A stretch of DNA of 56,819 nucleotides, filler included, from Sphacelaria rigidula (taxonomy: Eukaryota): assembly GCA_964200075.2 (NCBI GenBank). It is 7 parts of 7 records of this genome, joined end to end, with 100 filler letters (N's around TTAATTAATTAA, not from the genome) between each part and the next. Parts side by side here need not be neighbours in the genome. Positions count along the whole stretch, not along the records: positions 32,527 to 40,557 come from CAXNAA020012573.1; positions 40,658 to 48,688 come from CAXNAA020012574.1; positions 48,789 to 56,819 come from CAXNAA020012575.1; 4 more parts are not named here. One strand, 5' to 3'. The notes under the pieces were generated by a model, which was given only the letters and a program-made list of their open reading frames with translations, ran no database searches and was not told where the DNA came from. Position numbers and translations under genes: made by a program. Below are positions 38,502-50,481 of the stretch, piece after piece; position 1 is the first letter of the stretch, and the number at the start of each line of letters is the position of its first letter.

Positions 38502-38937
38502 GTGAGACACGATGTCTTTCTAGGCGCATTCAGCATGCAGCAATGCCGTCATCGATGGCAAAGTGATGCCGCGGAACCATCATCGTGGAAGTTGTTGATG
38601 AACACTTGTGGCGATATCGTAGACATAAAATAGTACAGAGCACCTCATGAAACCACCATGACGCCACGGGACCACGCGCTGGACGGTAACAGGCTTTGTA
38701 TGATTGAAAGCCCCACCGAGTAGTGAAAAGGTATGTGTATCACTGTAGACAAGCATTATATTGTGGGTGTGTCGGTCGTTGTGCGTTGTTGTGGGGAATT
38801 GGATCGTAGTGCCGTTTCATGTTGCCGCGAAACGCATGCTGGTCATGATCGGTTTCTCGGCCTCCATCATCCTGGGATCTCTTGAACCTTACAGGACTGG
38901 GCCTGCAGAACGACCAATGAGGCTGGTTAGGAATAAG

Positions 38938-40361
38938 CAGGGTTGCATATCGGACCGAGAATAAAGTTGCGATACGATATTCTTAGAATATCGACTCACA
39001 ACCCCCCCATACCTTTATTTTTGTCAATATTCCGAAATGACACGATGCGTATCGAGTATCGATATTCGATACGATACGGTTGTTTTGGTATATCCGCAGT
39101 GTACAAGACCGAGCAGTACACTGGCACACTGACACCCTCACTCACTATTGTAGGTCGCATAAGATACCACATCCCCTAGGCAGATTTTCGAAGCTCACTT
39201 ACTCCTCGCCAGAAGCGATGCCAGGGCCGAAGTGGGCGGCGTTGCAACCATCTCGTTGAGAGAGAGTAATCGAGTTTTGAAAGTCGTTCATGAGGGTGTG
39301 GTATCTCAAGCAACCTGCGGTAAATTTCAGTGGATAGCACTGGACACATGGTGTACTGTACAGCCGCGGGCAGTGTGCAAATTGACACCATAGCAGCGAC
39401 GACATGCAGTGATGCAGCTGCCTAATGAATATCTTCCGTCATCGTGCAATAGGTAGTTGATCACAGCGGGCTGGGTGTGGTATTGGTTACACTGTTTTCA
39501 TTTCTACGGCCACTATTCTGTGTGTTTCGATCGAATGGGCGCGTACTTCGACTCTGCACATTTATCAGGAAAAAAAAAACGCGTCAGACCTCGAACATGC
39601 ACAAACTCAAATGCGCGCTCCTTTTTTTTAACGTTTTTCACTACCAATAACAGGAAACGTCGGCAGCATGCTTCGAATTTTCGTTTTTGTATGTCAAACA
39701 ATATAGAGTTGGATATCACTAGCCAAGAAGAAAAAGCCATGAAGCTTGCAACAATTAAAATACCCAGACTAATGGATGGGGGGAAAATAAATACAACACT
39801 CGTCGAACATGAAGGAAATGCGAAGCGACACCACCATCTCCTCATACTCCGAAGGAGAGCTGTTTTCTACTGTTATCTGCAGCTTTGCAGTGATCATGAC
39901 CTCATATTTACTCCGCCGCGCCACCCGTATGTTGCCGTTGTTGAACACCCCCGCTGAATCATAGCACCAAACCCACGAGGCACCAGTGGTTACTCTATCG
40001 CCTCAATTCCTACGAATAGATACTGCATCCATTTACACACCGTGCAACCGTTCTACAGCTATACTCGTGGTCTGTGGTATGTGCAGGCGACCTTGTAGAG
40101 TGGCGGGGGGTGGGGCTGAATCCACTAGGGGTTTGCCGTTCGGGAAATATCACCCCCTGCTTTTCCTGTGACGAGGGTTTCGAGGGATTGAGCCAATGCG
40201 ACAAAAATGGGGCGAAATATCGAGCGTATCGATATTCGATATTGATTCTCGATATTGACACGTATAACATATATCGGTTTTCTTCGCTGCGATACCGATA
40301 CTGCGTATGGCCAATAGTCATGGAAATCGTATCGATTATCGATATCCGATGTGCAACCCTG
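38938..40361. mobile_element. Non-autonomous hAT-type element (1424 bp)
   Basis: TIR cagggttgcatatcgga / tccgatgtgcaaccctg (16/17). Flanks ggaataag / ggagtaac (6/8, decayed 8-bp TSD). Dense atcga/cgata subterminal repeats at both ends. Confidence 0.85.
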
Positions 40362-40557
40362 GGAGTAACGTGTCTGGCGTCTGCACGAACAGTGGCGTGT
40401 TGCTGAAAACCCGCGTTTGTAATCGCAGGGTGATGAGGAAGACCGAAAGTTCCATTCACTCCATTTTCGGGTGCGGGGTGCGCATTAGGTAATGTACATC
40501 TGATGTAGCAAGCAGTATGGGTCGCGGTAGAGAGCTTTCAACAGGATGCGGCGACCG

Positions 40558-40657
40558 NNNNNNNNNNNNNNNNNNNNNNNNNNNNNNNNNNNNNNNNNNN
40601 NTTAATTAATTAANNNNNNNNNNNNNNNNNNNNNNNNNNNNNNNNNNNNNNNNNNNN
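40558..40657. other. Artificial 100-bp contig linker
   Basis: Same N44-TTAATTAATTAA-N44 structure. Confidence 0.97.
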
Positions 40658-40699
40658 CATGATCATGCATGCCATAGTCATCAGACCATTGGCCTCGCA

Positions 40700-40900
40700 G
40701 GGGGGGGGCGTACTCATTTGTTGCTTGGCTTAGTCACGTTGGACCATTGGCCACGCATCCCTCTCGAGCGGGGCACCGTTCCTACTCCTAATAGAGACAC
40801 CTCCAACATTCCGGCGCTCATTACGTTTCTTCCATACATTGCACAAAAACCTTTTAAATATCTCATCCCCGTCCTGTTTCGCCGTCTCTGGCCACCATCT
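40700..40900 (-). mobile_element. 3' end of LINE family A (in the photolyase-like gene intron)
   Basis: ggggggggcgtactcatttgttgctt...ccgtcctgtttcgccgtctctggccacc; near-identical to 272-470. Confidence 0.85.
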
Positions 40901-40981
40901 ATATACGTTGCCAGGGGGGGAGCATCTGCGTAGATGGTAAATCAACCCCTGTCCCTACCCCCCAGAAATCATGAATGAAAC

Positions 40982-43900
40982 CTGGGCGTGTCGGTACTCC
41001 TCCTTCGAGGCCGCTGTACCGCGACCCGACGCAGACGTGGCCCTGCCCCCGTGAAAAGTGTTGACGGGACAGCAAGAACAGCTATCAACGGTGTACAGCG
41101 CCACGCCAGGTAGGGCCTTCGCCGCGAGCTCCGCGAGCCAGAGCTGCCGGGGATGGTAGCATTCGTCCGTAATTGCTATGTGAACCCTTCCATCTATTGG
41201 TGACACTGGGGACGTTGCCATCGCCGGCGTTGTCGTTGCTGGTGGTGTTGCTATCTTCCCGTGCCCTGGTGCAGCACCGGCATGTGCACTACAGTGGCCG
41301 CACCAGAGCGCGAGAGTCGTCGGGATATCCTCTTCAGCGCAAGAGAGAGCCGTCAGAGGTATGTTGAGCTCCTGTTCATGAAAACGGGCGGCAGACGTAG
41401 ACAAAAACGTGCAGGCATGCTTGGAGTTTCGCAAAAAAGTGGTCGGGTGCTCGTAGATATTGCGTCTCATGACAACGAAACTCTCCTCACCGCCAGAGTG
41501 TTACCCGGGAGTCTGTGATACGACGCAGCAAAAGCTCAAAAACAAGCATGCGCCGGTGTGCATGGCGCTTCAAGAGTCCAAGGGAGCAAAGGTTCGCAAG
41601 CGCTTTGTGTCTTGGAACCACTGCGCATATCGGTGTGTTGAGCCTGCCATATTAGATCGATTCGTCTGTCTGTTATCGCATATCAACTGACCCGCTTCGA
41701 AATCCAGCGGTGGTCACAGTATAGACGTACTCGAGGAAAATGCACGGAAACGTTCGCTGAATGAACCTTAGCGGAAAGAGTTGACAAGGAAGAAGTAAGG
41801 AGGAGATAAACAAAATGAACTGGCATAGATGCTAGGCTAAGAACAACTAACGGTTCGGGTATATCCCCGAAAACTAAATCGAGACCAACAACCGTTCCCG
41901 ATTAGTCGAACTCGCTTCGAACCGTGCATCTACTGACAAGCGCACGCGCATTGCAAATATATCAAACAGGCGAGCGGGTACAAAATTCAAGTTGTCCGTG
42001 AGTTATTTTCTGCAACAAAAGCAGTGCACAGTGGCCGCAAAAGTCACCAATCACCCGAAGAGCTTGCTCCATCTCACAAAGGGCACTTGATTCCACCGCC
42101 ATCCGAAACGGCAAGGGTGCCATCGTCTGCCCACACTCGACAAGCGATGCGCCTTGCTGCTTAACATCGTGCTCGTCGGCAGAACCATAGCGTGAAGCTG
42201 TTGTTCGTCCTACTGCGGGGTCCACGAATGCCAGGGCTTGTAGTGGCATTCGGAGCTCCCGGCTTAACCACATGGCGACAGAGAGAGCCAGATTGTCCCG
42301 GACACGAAAACTCCCGCGCACCCAATAAAGAAGTCGTGTGCCAGGCTGATCGCCACGTGAAGTAATGCGCGTAATGTCCATCACAAACAAGAACGGTAGT
42401 GCAAGTCAAGCGAGATGAGAGGAAGTACGGGTGATGCAGTCTGCCCGGGTGGTGGTGGGATATTCTCCCTGTGCGGTTAGACGATTGGCACGTGCAAGTT
42501 TGCCGTTTCCGCGCAAATTGAGATAGGATTGCAAGTGCTCACGTCCACTTTTCCACGAACAAGCAGGCGCAACGTGCCTGTCATATCTCGAAAGTCCACA
42601 AAGTTAAGAATTGCAGTGTATGGGTACAGAAGGGAAAAACCAACGGTCGAGTTTATCGTTTCAAACCGGTATGCAGAAGCATCATACCGTACCGTGTTGA
42701 TCATCCCCCTTCTCACCGGTTCGCCACGGCTGGGGAACCGCAATATTCGCCGTCGTTCTTTCACTCGAATCGGCCACTCCTCATTACAAAAGCGGCTCTG
42801 TCCGCCTCCTCGTCCGCGCGAACCAGGACTCTTCCGTACTGACCCAGAGGGCGTGCGTGCTCTCATTCCGATCGCCGACGAATGTCCACCAACACGTCCA
42901 CCGCCGGACGGGGTGCGGTACCCGTGGCCTCCGTTCCTGTCGCTGCTTGGCACACCACTAACGATAGTTGCCAGCGATGTTGGGGTGGTAGGTGGTGATG
43001 GGACAGGAGAGGGGCGCCGCTCAACGGCGGAAGGTGACCGTGCGCTGGCGGCGGGTTGCTTCAAGAAGGAGGCAACCACGGAAACGGCCGGCGCTGTCGC
43101 CGGCGGTGCTGGCACATTTGGTTGCCCTTGATGTCGTTCGCCATGCGTTCTGGCATATATATTTCTCGCTCCTCCTCCGATGCAGCTGGCAGCGCACGAT
43201 CCCTGGTCGAGCGTAGCGGCTACTGGTCGTAGGTTCATCTCTCGCCTGTTGGAACCGATTGCTTTCCCAGCGCGTCCACCTGGAGCAAGGCTTTCCGTCA
43301 TGACGGCAGCCGCAGCGCCAGGCAAATTCAGAAGTAGGTGGTTTGGGGCTGGTGAGGGCAGGTTACGACCGCTAGCATTCGCGGTGCTTGTTGGCGGAAT
43401 TGAGTTGAGCAGAGCATCCGAACGGCCTCCTTCCCCAACGTTGGCTGCTGCTGGGTGTATCGGCTGCTTCGAGACCCTTCCTGCTTCAGCAGAGCGGCTG
43501 GTTGTGCTGACGCCCCCAGATCCCCCAATTTTAGCCTCAGTTTTCTTCACTTCGATTGGTGAATCACTCACGGATTTCGGTATGGGGGGGATTTTCATAG
43601 AGTCTGATGCATCCACGACTTTACCGCAGAGGCCACGCGGTGTCACGGTAGGGGTGTTCTGCTCCAAATCAGACTTGGTCGTAACATCGCGCACATTAAC
43701 GGAAGTGGATAAAGGGGACGCGCTGGTTGTCCCGCGGTCGTCGTGTTGGTCCGTATCCGTCCGCGATTTTAAGTTTGAACGTCCAGGACCAGAACACGCG
43801 CGAACGGAAACGCTAAGGTCTGTTCGTCGTTGTGAATCAGGCGTAGTCGTCGATGGCGTTAGCATTCTGTGCTGGTCTTCTTCAGAATCTCGCTCATTCT

Positions 43901-44147
43901 TCGTAACAGAGACAAGCAGGTGCCCATCGTCGCCAGGTGCAGGCGGCTCTGTTGCTGTAGCCGATATGCGGTCTTTCGTGACCGTTTCAGCTGCTTGGGT
44001 AGTTGTAAGACGCGGGACACGTTCAAATCTCGCAAGGTCTTGACGACAGGTATCGAGGGGGAAAATCACACCCACGCCGGGAAGAATAGACGGACCACAC
44101 TTGAATAACTTGGCGCGCTTTTTGCGAGAAGTGGCACAGTCATCCAT
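40982..44147 (-). CDS. Class II CPD photolyase-like protein, 5' exons (44147-42717, 42345-42055, 41371-40982); gene continues beyond the contig
   Basis: All junctions are phase 0 GT-AG. Spliced product: ...RILRFPSRGEP|PGTRLLYWVRGSFRVRDNLALSVAMWLSRELRMPL...ALCEMEQALR|ELNIPL...ITDECYHPRQLW...LYTVDSCSCCPV. This matches the class II photolyase N-domain pattern (VYWM.RDQRV.DN.AL; ELNIPF; VVTDF; VDAHNVVP). The start codon is uncertain. Confidence 0.75.
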
Positions 44148-44406
44148 GTCCCGGCCAGCCCCGGATGCCGATACCGATTGTGGCGCATGTGGAGTGATAA
44201 CTCAGCAGCACACAGGAAGGAATGCCACGACTATTTTCTGATCATTTTCATTACCCTGCACTGGCGGTCCAGAGAAATCTCGAAATTGGCGAAATTACAG
44301 TCGACGGGAAAAGGGTAGGTGTAGCAGTTCGTAGTTCGTAGTTGCAGCGCTGCACAACAACTGTGTTTCTGAAATCACCTTTGCGCGGGCATAGTATTAC
44401 TTGAGC
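44148..44406. promoter_or_regulatory. Candidate bidirectional promoter between the photolyase-like and CRT-like genes
   Basis: Only 259 bp separate the two predicted divergent ATGs; no repeat element recognised in the interval. Confidence 0.45.
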
Positions 44407-47400
44407 ATGAGCGGAGCGTTGCCGCAGCAGCCGGAGGAGTTTCTGGATCATGTGCGAAACGTGCCGCATGACCCTGTGCCGTCTGTCGAGGAAGAATTGG
44501 ACGAGTATCTCATGCTCAGGGAGGTCAGTCGCTCTGTCCCGGTAAATGGAATGTTTTATTTGGTGCGTACAAGCTGCCTGAACAACAGCTGAAGTACAGC
44601 CGAATCGCGCCACACGGGGAGCACGGAGCCTGAGTCAACAAAAAGATTGCGTCCCTATACACCAAGCAGTTTGCAGTAGAAATACGGATTTTGTTAGTAG
44701 GTCACAATATTGAACGCCTCGCCTTTTTGTACTCGCTGTGTTCCCCAGGAGCGGATAGTTACACATCAAAATTATGCTGTGCCCTCAAGTTCAAGTCCGT
44801 GTCCGTTCTTCACCAATGCTGATCTTCTACGCCGTGTACACAGACAGTCTATTGTACTTGTACGATTTTTGTTGCAGTAGAACTACAGGTGAGACTCTTC
44901 ACCATGTGATCTGCACCTTGCCGCCCTGTGGGGGAGATAGCGTCAAGTCTATCCACTATCCGTGCGTTGAGACGACCAATGAGCAAGAACGCAATCATTA
45001 TACCGTATCGCTATCAAAACGCAAAATCTTGTGATCTTTTTTGGCGTTTTTTTTTTTTTTACGGCATACAGCTTCTTCTCGATGTTTCCCCCTTCAGGTG
45101 TCCGGTGAATTCCCCCCCGCGGACGAGGATGCGGCGCGGTCGTTCATCGTTAAGCGGAGGCAGAGAGGTCTTTTGTTCAGCTTCGTGGCGATGGTGTTTG
45201 TTTCCTTGGCCAATAAAGTCTTCCAGAAGGTGAGGTCCCAGGTCAGGTCAGTCTGTATCCATTATTGCAACCAACGAAGCTAGGAAGATTTCGGCGCCGC
45301 TGATGCCAAGCCCTTTTTGCAACACTTTTCGTGGACGCTGCGGGCAAATGGTGGCACTCGTGAGTATGACGTACTGCACACGATTTCGCAGAACGCTAAA
45401 GGTCCTCGTAAAGAGACGTATCGGAGCTGGTGTGCACCGACACGGCATTGGTGCCATTCAAGGTCGCCAATCCTTTCGATTGGCCACCCTTTTCTGCTCT
45501 CCGTCCGAGATACTGTTGCCCGTGCCTGACCGGTCCAAAGTTCATCACCCTGGGGTGTGCACGTGGCATCGTTTGCTGGTGTCTACTATGATGTCTGTGC
45601 ATTTCCTCACCTGGTGTCCTGGCTTGGTTTTGTCTACGGTGCACACCTCTGCGGCTCAGGAAGTCCGATCATGTGGTGACGAGCAGTGACTTCCTGCTGG
45701 GATTCACCACTGGCGTTCCACTAGGCTCGTTGCTGCCGACCATGAGGGAAGACTCGCGGGTCTACAAACTTGTGCCAGCTATAAAATTTCATTTATATTG
45801 GTTTTGATGCAACTACTAACTCGCCCGCGTGATTTCGCCCCGCGCCGTCCCGCCTCATGCCCTGCCGCCTCCGACGCGTGCTGTCGCCAACCACCCGCCG
45901 ACAAAACCCCACGCCAACGCACGTCCCGTGGCACTTGGGTCGCGTTCAGCTGGAAACGATTCCGATGTACAACTATCCCAATTTCCTCAACCTGTTCACC
46001 ACGTTCATGTGTGAGTTTTGTCTGGCATTGTGGTGCGTGGTTCGGGGGCGGGAAGGGATGGGGTTAGCCAAGCTAGGGGGTTGATCCATTGTGCGTGAAC
46101 CACAGGGTGGTGGTACAGTAGCATTGCGTGTGTTGCGTGAAAAACGCGGTCGGTTCGAGGCGTGCGTGTAGCAGTGTTTCTTCGCTGAGAGTACTGCGGG
46201 TGGGAAAATTGCGGCTTAGTCAAGTTTCGTCACAATGGCGTCGCGGTGACACCATTCAGGATGCATCTTGTTGCGGAAAGCATGTGTTCATGTGATGTTG
46301 CCCTCATCAGAGGCTGGCTTTGCTAGATAATTGGTCCTGAAGTAAGAGACGCACCGATTGTATTAGTTTTGCGCTGATATTGTCATTCTCCAGTGTACGC
46401 ACCTGTGTCGGCCATTCTCTTCAAGTGCTTGTGGCTGGTGGTTGCTGTGACACCTGCATATCGCCCCCTGCCCGTTTTAGATCTTTTCGCGTCTTTTTCG
46501 CAAACCCCTCTGCAGGGAGTTAAATACACATATAATGTGTACATAATGTGCGTTCAGTTCAGGGCAGCTCGTTCCCACTGTGACCCAAGCGACTTTGCTT
46601 GTTTTTATGTGGAACCGTACCTCCAGAGATGGAATTGCCGGCTACGGGTGATGGGCGTCATTTCCATTCATTGGCCACCCCCCGACACGAAACACTTCCA
46701 GCAGGGCGGCAAAGCTCTACTGCAAGGGCGCATACGCCGCGGTACAGTTTTATGCTACTGTGCTGTACTTACTGTCCCGGCGTTCGCGTTCGCCATTTTG
46801 CGCAAAAGTGTACATTGCCGTAAGTCAATGACATCCTACTCACGCCATCCTCTGTTATTTAAAAAAGAGTTCAAGTACATCTGTACCCATGAGTCACTGA
46901 CCCCCTCGGATCTATGTCTTCTTTTTATTTTATTTTCTACAAAATGAAAAAAACAGATATTCCCTTTAGTTTCGCGTACATCATCCCCATGGTGCGGTAC
47001 GGCAGCTCCATCACCCCGGAGCAAACACGCGTGCCGAAGAAAGTATTCGCCGTCATGGGTGCGCTAGACGCCCTTAGTGGCATCATGCAAATCTTCGCCT
47101 CCACCTACCTGGGGGGCTCTCTGCTCATCCTCCTCGCTCAGGTGACTACTGTAGGTGCTATCTGGGGCATATCACCCCCTAAAACGTTTCCGCTCCGACT
47201 CTGCGGTTGAATGTCGGCGGCGCGCTGAATTGTGGCGGCACGGCACGCTATGCCGCTAGCAATGATGTCCCGCGAAAGCGGCGTAAATGCTGTCCATATG
47301 GTTCGGCGAACGAAATATTTCCGTACTGCAGGCCCTTTTTTATAAAAATAAGGCCGGGGTTAAGAAATTAACCCCGATGGTCGTTTTTTCCCCGTCGTCT

Positions 47401-48588
47401 ACTACGGGTGTACGTCCCTTGTGCCCCTCGTGTGATCCACGACGAATGACGGGTTGCGCAAGTTTAAGTCGAGACAAGAGTGAGTTGCGATCCAGCCCGC
47501 CTCGACAAGAGATTAAATGCTTAGTGTGACGACGTAGTGCAGAGTATGTTTTCTCATCAATTGACCTGTGTGGAGATATGTGGTTATGTGGTTTGTACAG
47601 ATCCGTCATAACTCCAATATTTTGTGGTCCTGGAGAATTATCAAGGCTGGTGCAGGATTTCCGGCAACGACGACGGCTCTTCTTCGTGCACTGGGTGACC
47701 GGTTTGCGTAGCATGTGCGTTGCGTGCATGTGTACGTGAGAGCCTTTTCCCCCCGCGCCCCGTACGACAATTTTGTTTCGTGGTAGGATTGCTGTTTTTG
47801 CCGTTGTAACATATTCCGTCAGAAATCGTTGGACATCTGTGCGGATATTCGAACCTACCGCCCACTGTTTTTACGCTTATTCCGTGGCCAATTGAAGTCC
47901 CACCCGGACGAAGTGAGGTGAAGTGTCAACATGCTGAAGTTGATAAGAAAGGAAGTAACAGTTGCACCACGTTCCATCATACCATCTATAGAAGAAAATA
48001 TCAAAACATAAATTCAACGGTAATCATAACCCTTTGACCATGCGTGTACAGCACAATGGCAGTCTACTAAAGTCCCCGAGTATGCTATCGCTTCCGTTCC
48101 TGTGTGTGGCTTCACTTTCAATTCACCCGATGCCCCTGCAGTACTTGGTGTGCATTTTCTTGTTGACCATCACATTAACCCGCGTTCGAAGTTCATATGT
48201 AGAGATCAGATCCCTGGAAGCCGCCGCAGTAAAGACATTACAGCCCACGCAGTCGTTATTCGTTATTTTATGTCCTTCCCCCGCCTTCCTTTTTTTTCCC
48301 ACTCGTTTTTTTTTTCAAGGCGGCGATTCCGATCTCGATGGTTATCTCGAAACGCCTCCTCGGGTCTCGTTACTCGGTCATGCAATACGCCGGAGCCGCG
48401 ATCGTTGCGTCGGGCATCGTGGTGGCCATTGGTCCGAGCCTGGCTATAGGCACAGGGGGCGGGGGGGAAGCGCAGGAACTGATATGGTCCGTGGTCATGG
48501 TGTTGGGCTGTATTCCGATGGCTCTCTCTAGCGTGTACAAGGAGATTGCGCTTGGCGAGTCGGAGCTCGATCCCATCTACCTCAATGG
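44407..48588 (+). CDS. CRT-like (chloroquine-resistance-transporter family) membrane transporter, exons 44407-44523, 45098-45229, 45950-46010, 46957-47141, 48320-48588; 3' end off contig
   Basis: Frame-consistent GT-AG junctions (phases 0,0,1,0,2). Product: ...FVAMVFVSLANKVFQK|LETIPMYNYPNFLNLFTTFMY|IPFSFAYIIPM...KKVFAVMGALDALSGIMQIFASTYLGGSLLILLAQ|AAIPISMVISKRLLGSRYSVMQYAGA...PMALSSVYKEIAL...DPIYLNG. These are typical CRT/CLT family segments. Confidence 0.88.
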
Positions 48589-48688
48589 GTGAGTTTTTCA
48601 CGGGGGGGGGGGGGGGGGGGACCATGTTTCAGTCATACATTAGTAAAAAAACAGAACCACCCTAACCCCCCCAAACGCGGCGAGGGAA

Positions 48689-48788
48689 NNNNNNNNNNNN
48701 NNNNNNNNNNNNNNNNNNNNNNNNNNNNNNNNTTAATTAATTAANNNNNNNNNNNNNNNNNNNNNNNNNNNNNNNNNNNNNNNNNNNN
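48689..48788. other. Artificial 100-bp contig linker
   Basis: Same N44-TTAATTAATTAA-N44 structure. Confidence 0.97.
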
Positions 48789-48872
48789 AACCCGGATCCT
48801 GTTGTTGGCCTCTCAACCCCCCGCGCGCGTTTGGGGGACGACGGAACCCCCCCCCCCACCCCCCCCCCAAAC

Positions 48873-49050
48873 CTGTGCTCCATCTCGAAAGGGATGCGTG
48901 GTCAATGGTCAAACGATTAAGGCAAGCAACTGATGAGTACGCCCCACCCCCCCCCAAACAATATGTGCTCCGTCTCGAAAGGCATGCGTGGTCAATGGTC
49001 AACCGACTAAGGCGGGCTAAAAATGAGCTACCCCCCCCCCCCCCCCCTCC
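48873..49050 (+). mobile_element. Two tandem ~70-bp 3' tips of LINE family A separated by C-runs
   Basis: gtgctcc.tctcgaaagg.atgcgtggtcaatggtcaa.cga.taaggc... occurs twice, each followed by poly-C. Confidence 0.8.
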
Positions 49051-49491
49051 CGCAACCTCTGATTCCTGTCTCTCTCCCGACATTTTACATTGAAACCTTG
49101 GACAGATCCTGCTCGTCCTGAGAAGGACAAATGCACGCATCAAGCACACACATCCGACATCCAAAACGACAGACAGCGTCGCTACGGTACACGCAGTAAA
49201 TAGATAGCTACACACATACTGGCAGTATCACACACGTTCGTGTGTAGTATGTCAAACGATAATTTTGCTTGATCAAGTCTCTGGTCAGATTTCCGCTTTT
49301 CTCCGCACCTTGTACGGACAAAGTCTAACCCTTTATGCATACATACATAAATACAAGAAAAAAAGGCGTGGAGGAGGAAGATGAATGGTCGGCGGTTGGC
49401 TACTGGGTGTTCGCTGCGGATATATTTCCGTCTTTGCCCAGAGCAAGTGAAATAAGAATGCATATCCTAGCACGTAGTTGTCATTTCTCAC

Positions 49492-50421
49492 CAGCATCGA
49501 AGGCCGGGGCAAATAACTTGTCCGCTCCGCTCGAGGGTAGGGTGACCGAGTCGATACCGTAGAAGGCATCGTTCGTGTTGACTGCAGATTGTTTGTGGGA
49601 AAGAACAGGAGTAGACGACCGGAAAACGAAGCATGACATGGTTATATACGTGACGCTTGTCAGATGAGAACACCCCCGCGTACCGAGTATCGACTGCATC
49701 TCATTCGCCAACAGCAAATGCTTGCAGGGCAAGACACACCGACACACATAAAATATCCCATACACCGCTGATTTTTTGTCATGGGACATCACTGCACGGC
49801 ATACATTTCTCAAGGATCAGAACGGACGCGACACTCGCATATCGGTTTTAGAATGTCCACCATGATCCTGTAGAAACTCGGTACAGCAACCGCAGTCACA
49901 GCGCCTTCCTCGGGACATTTGACGGGGAAACTTACCGAGCATGCCGACGGAGGAGTAGACAATTCTCCCTGAGCACTTCTTGGTGTCCACCTCCATGGTA
50001 CCTCTCCACGTCATGAGACTGCCGAGGGGTCCCGCGTCACTCACAACGACACCACAGATGTAGGGTTCAACCAACGGGTCGGACAGGAGGTCCTGCAGCC
50101 GAAGGACCAGAAAGCACGATGAGAGGCAGCAGCATCGAAAAGCGGGTTGGTACACGTTCGGGGTTAAGGCGTAACGAAGATAATTCCACAATCAGGGATG
50201 TTACGTTATTTTGTCCCGGACTGAAGTAGTATATGGAATATACATGAGATGTCGACAGAGCGAGAGAAACGGGTGCAGCATCGGACCCTGTTGCGGTTGC
50301 AAAAGCAAGGAGGAGCTAGTGCACGGATCTGCTGCGAGATTCTGCGAACAAGATAACACGAGCAGGATACTAAGAAACCGGGCATGTCTCTATCTCTTCA
50401 TCTTTCTTCATCTCTCCCTCC

Positions 50422-50481
<60 letters not shown>

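Larger units (their letters stand above)
33500..38865 (+). repeat. Tandem array of ~1-kb exon+intron cassettes (4 copies, interrupted by TEs)
   Basis: Shared intron blocks, e.g. gtaacagccgggcacccaggcgcattttgaagctg (upstream) and ggcgcattcagcatgcagcaat...catcgtggaagttgttgatgaac...gggaccacgcgct (downstream), surround each exon. Confidence 0.92.

Noticed and set aside
33500-38865. CRISPR-like or DGR-like array; minus-strand ORFs such as MLNAPRNT...
   Set aside because: Units are ~1 kb with canonical splice sites. Variation is not adenine-specific and no cas or DGR RT is present. The minus-strand ORFs are short shadows of the duplicated intron.
42529-44043. 200-aa and 287-aa plus-strand ORFs
   Set aside because: Antisense to the GC-rich first exon of the photolyase-like gene; no recognisable domain.
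49097-49117. Possible next spondin micro-exon (cag|...|gt, minus strand)
   Set aside because: It translates GRAGSVQ rather than the expected G(T/S)E.N.E continuation; unsupported.
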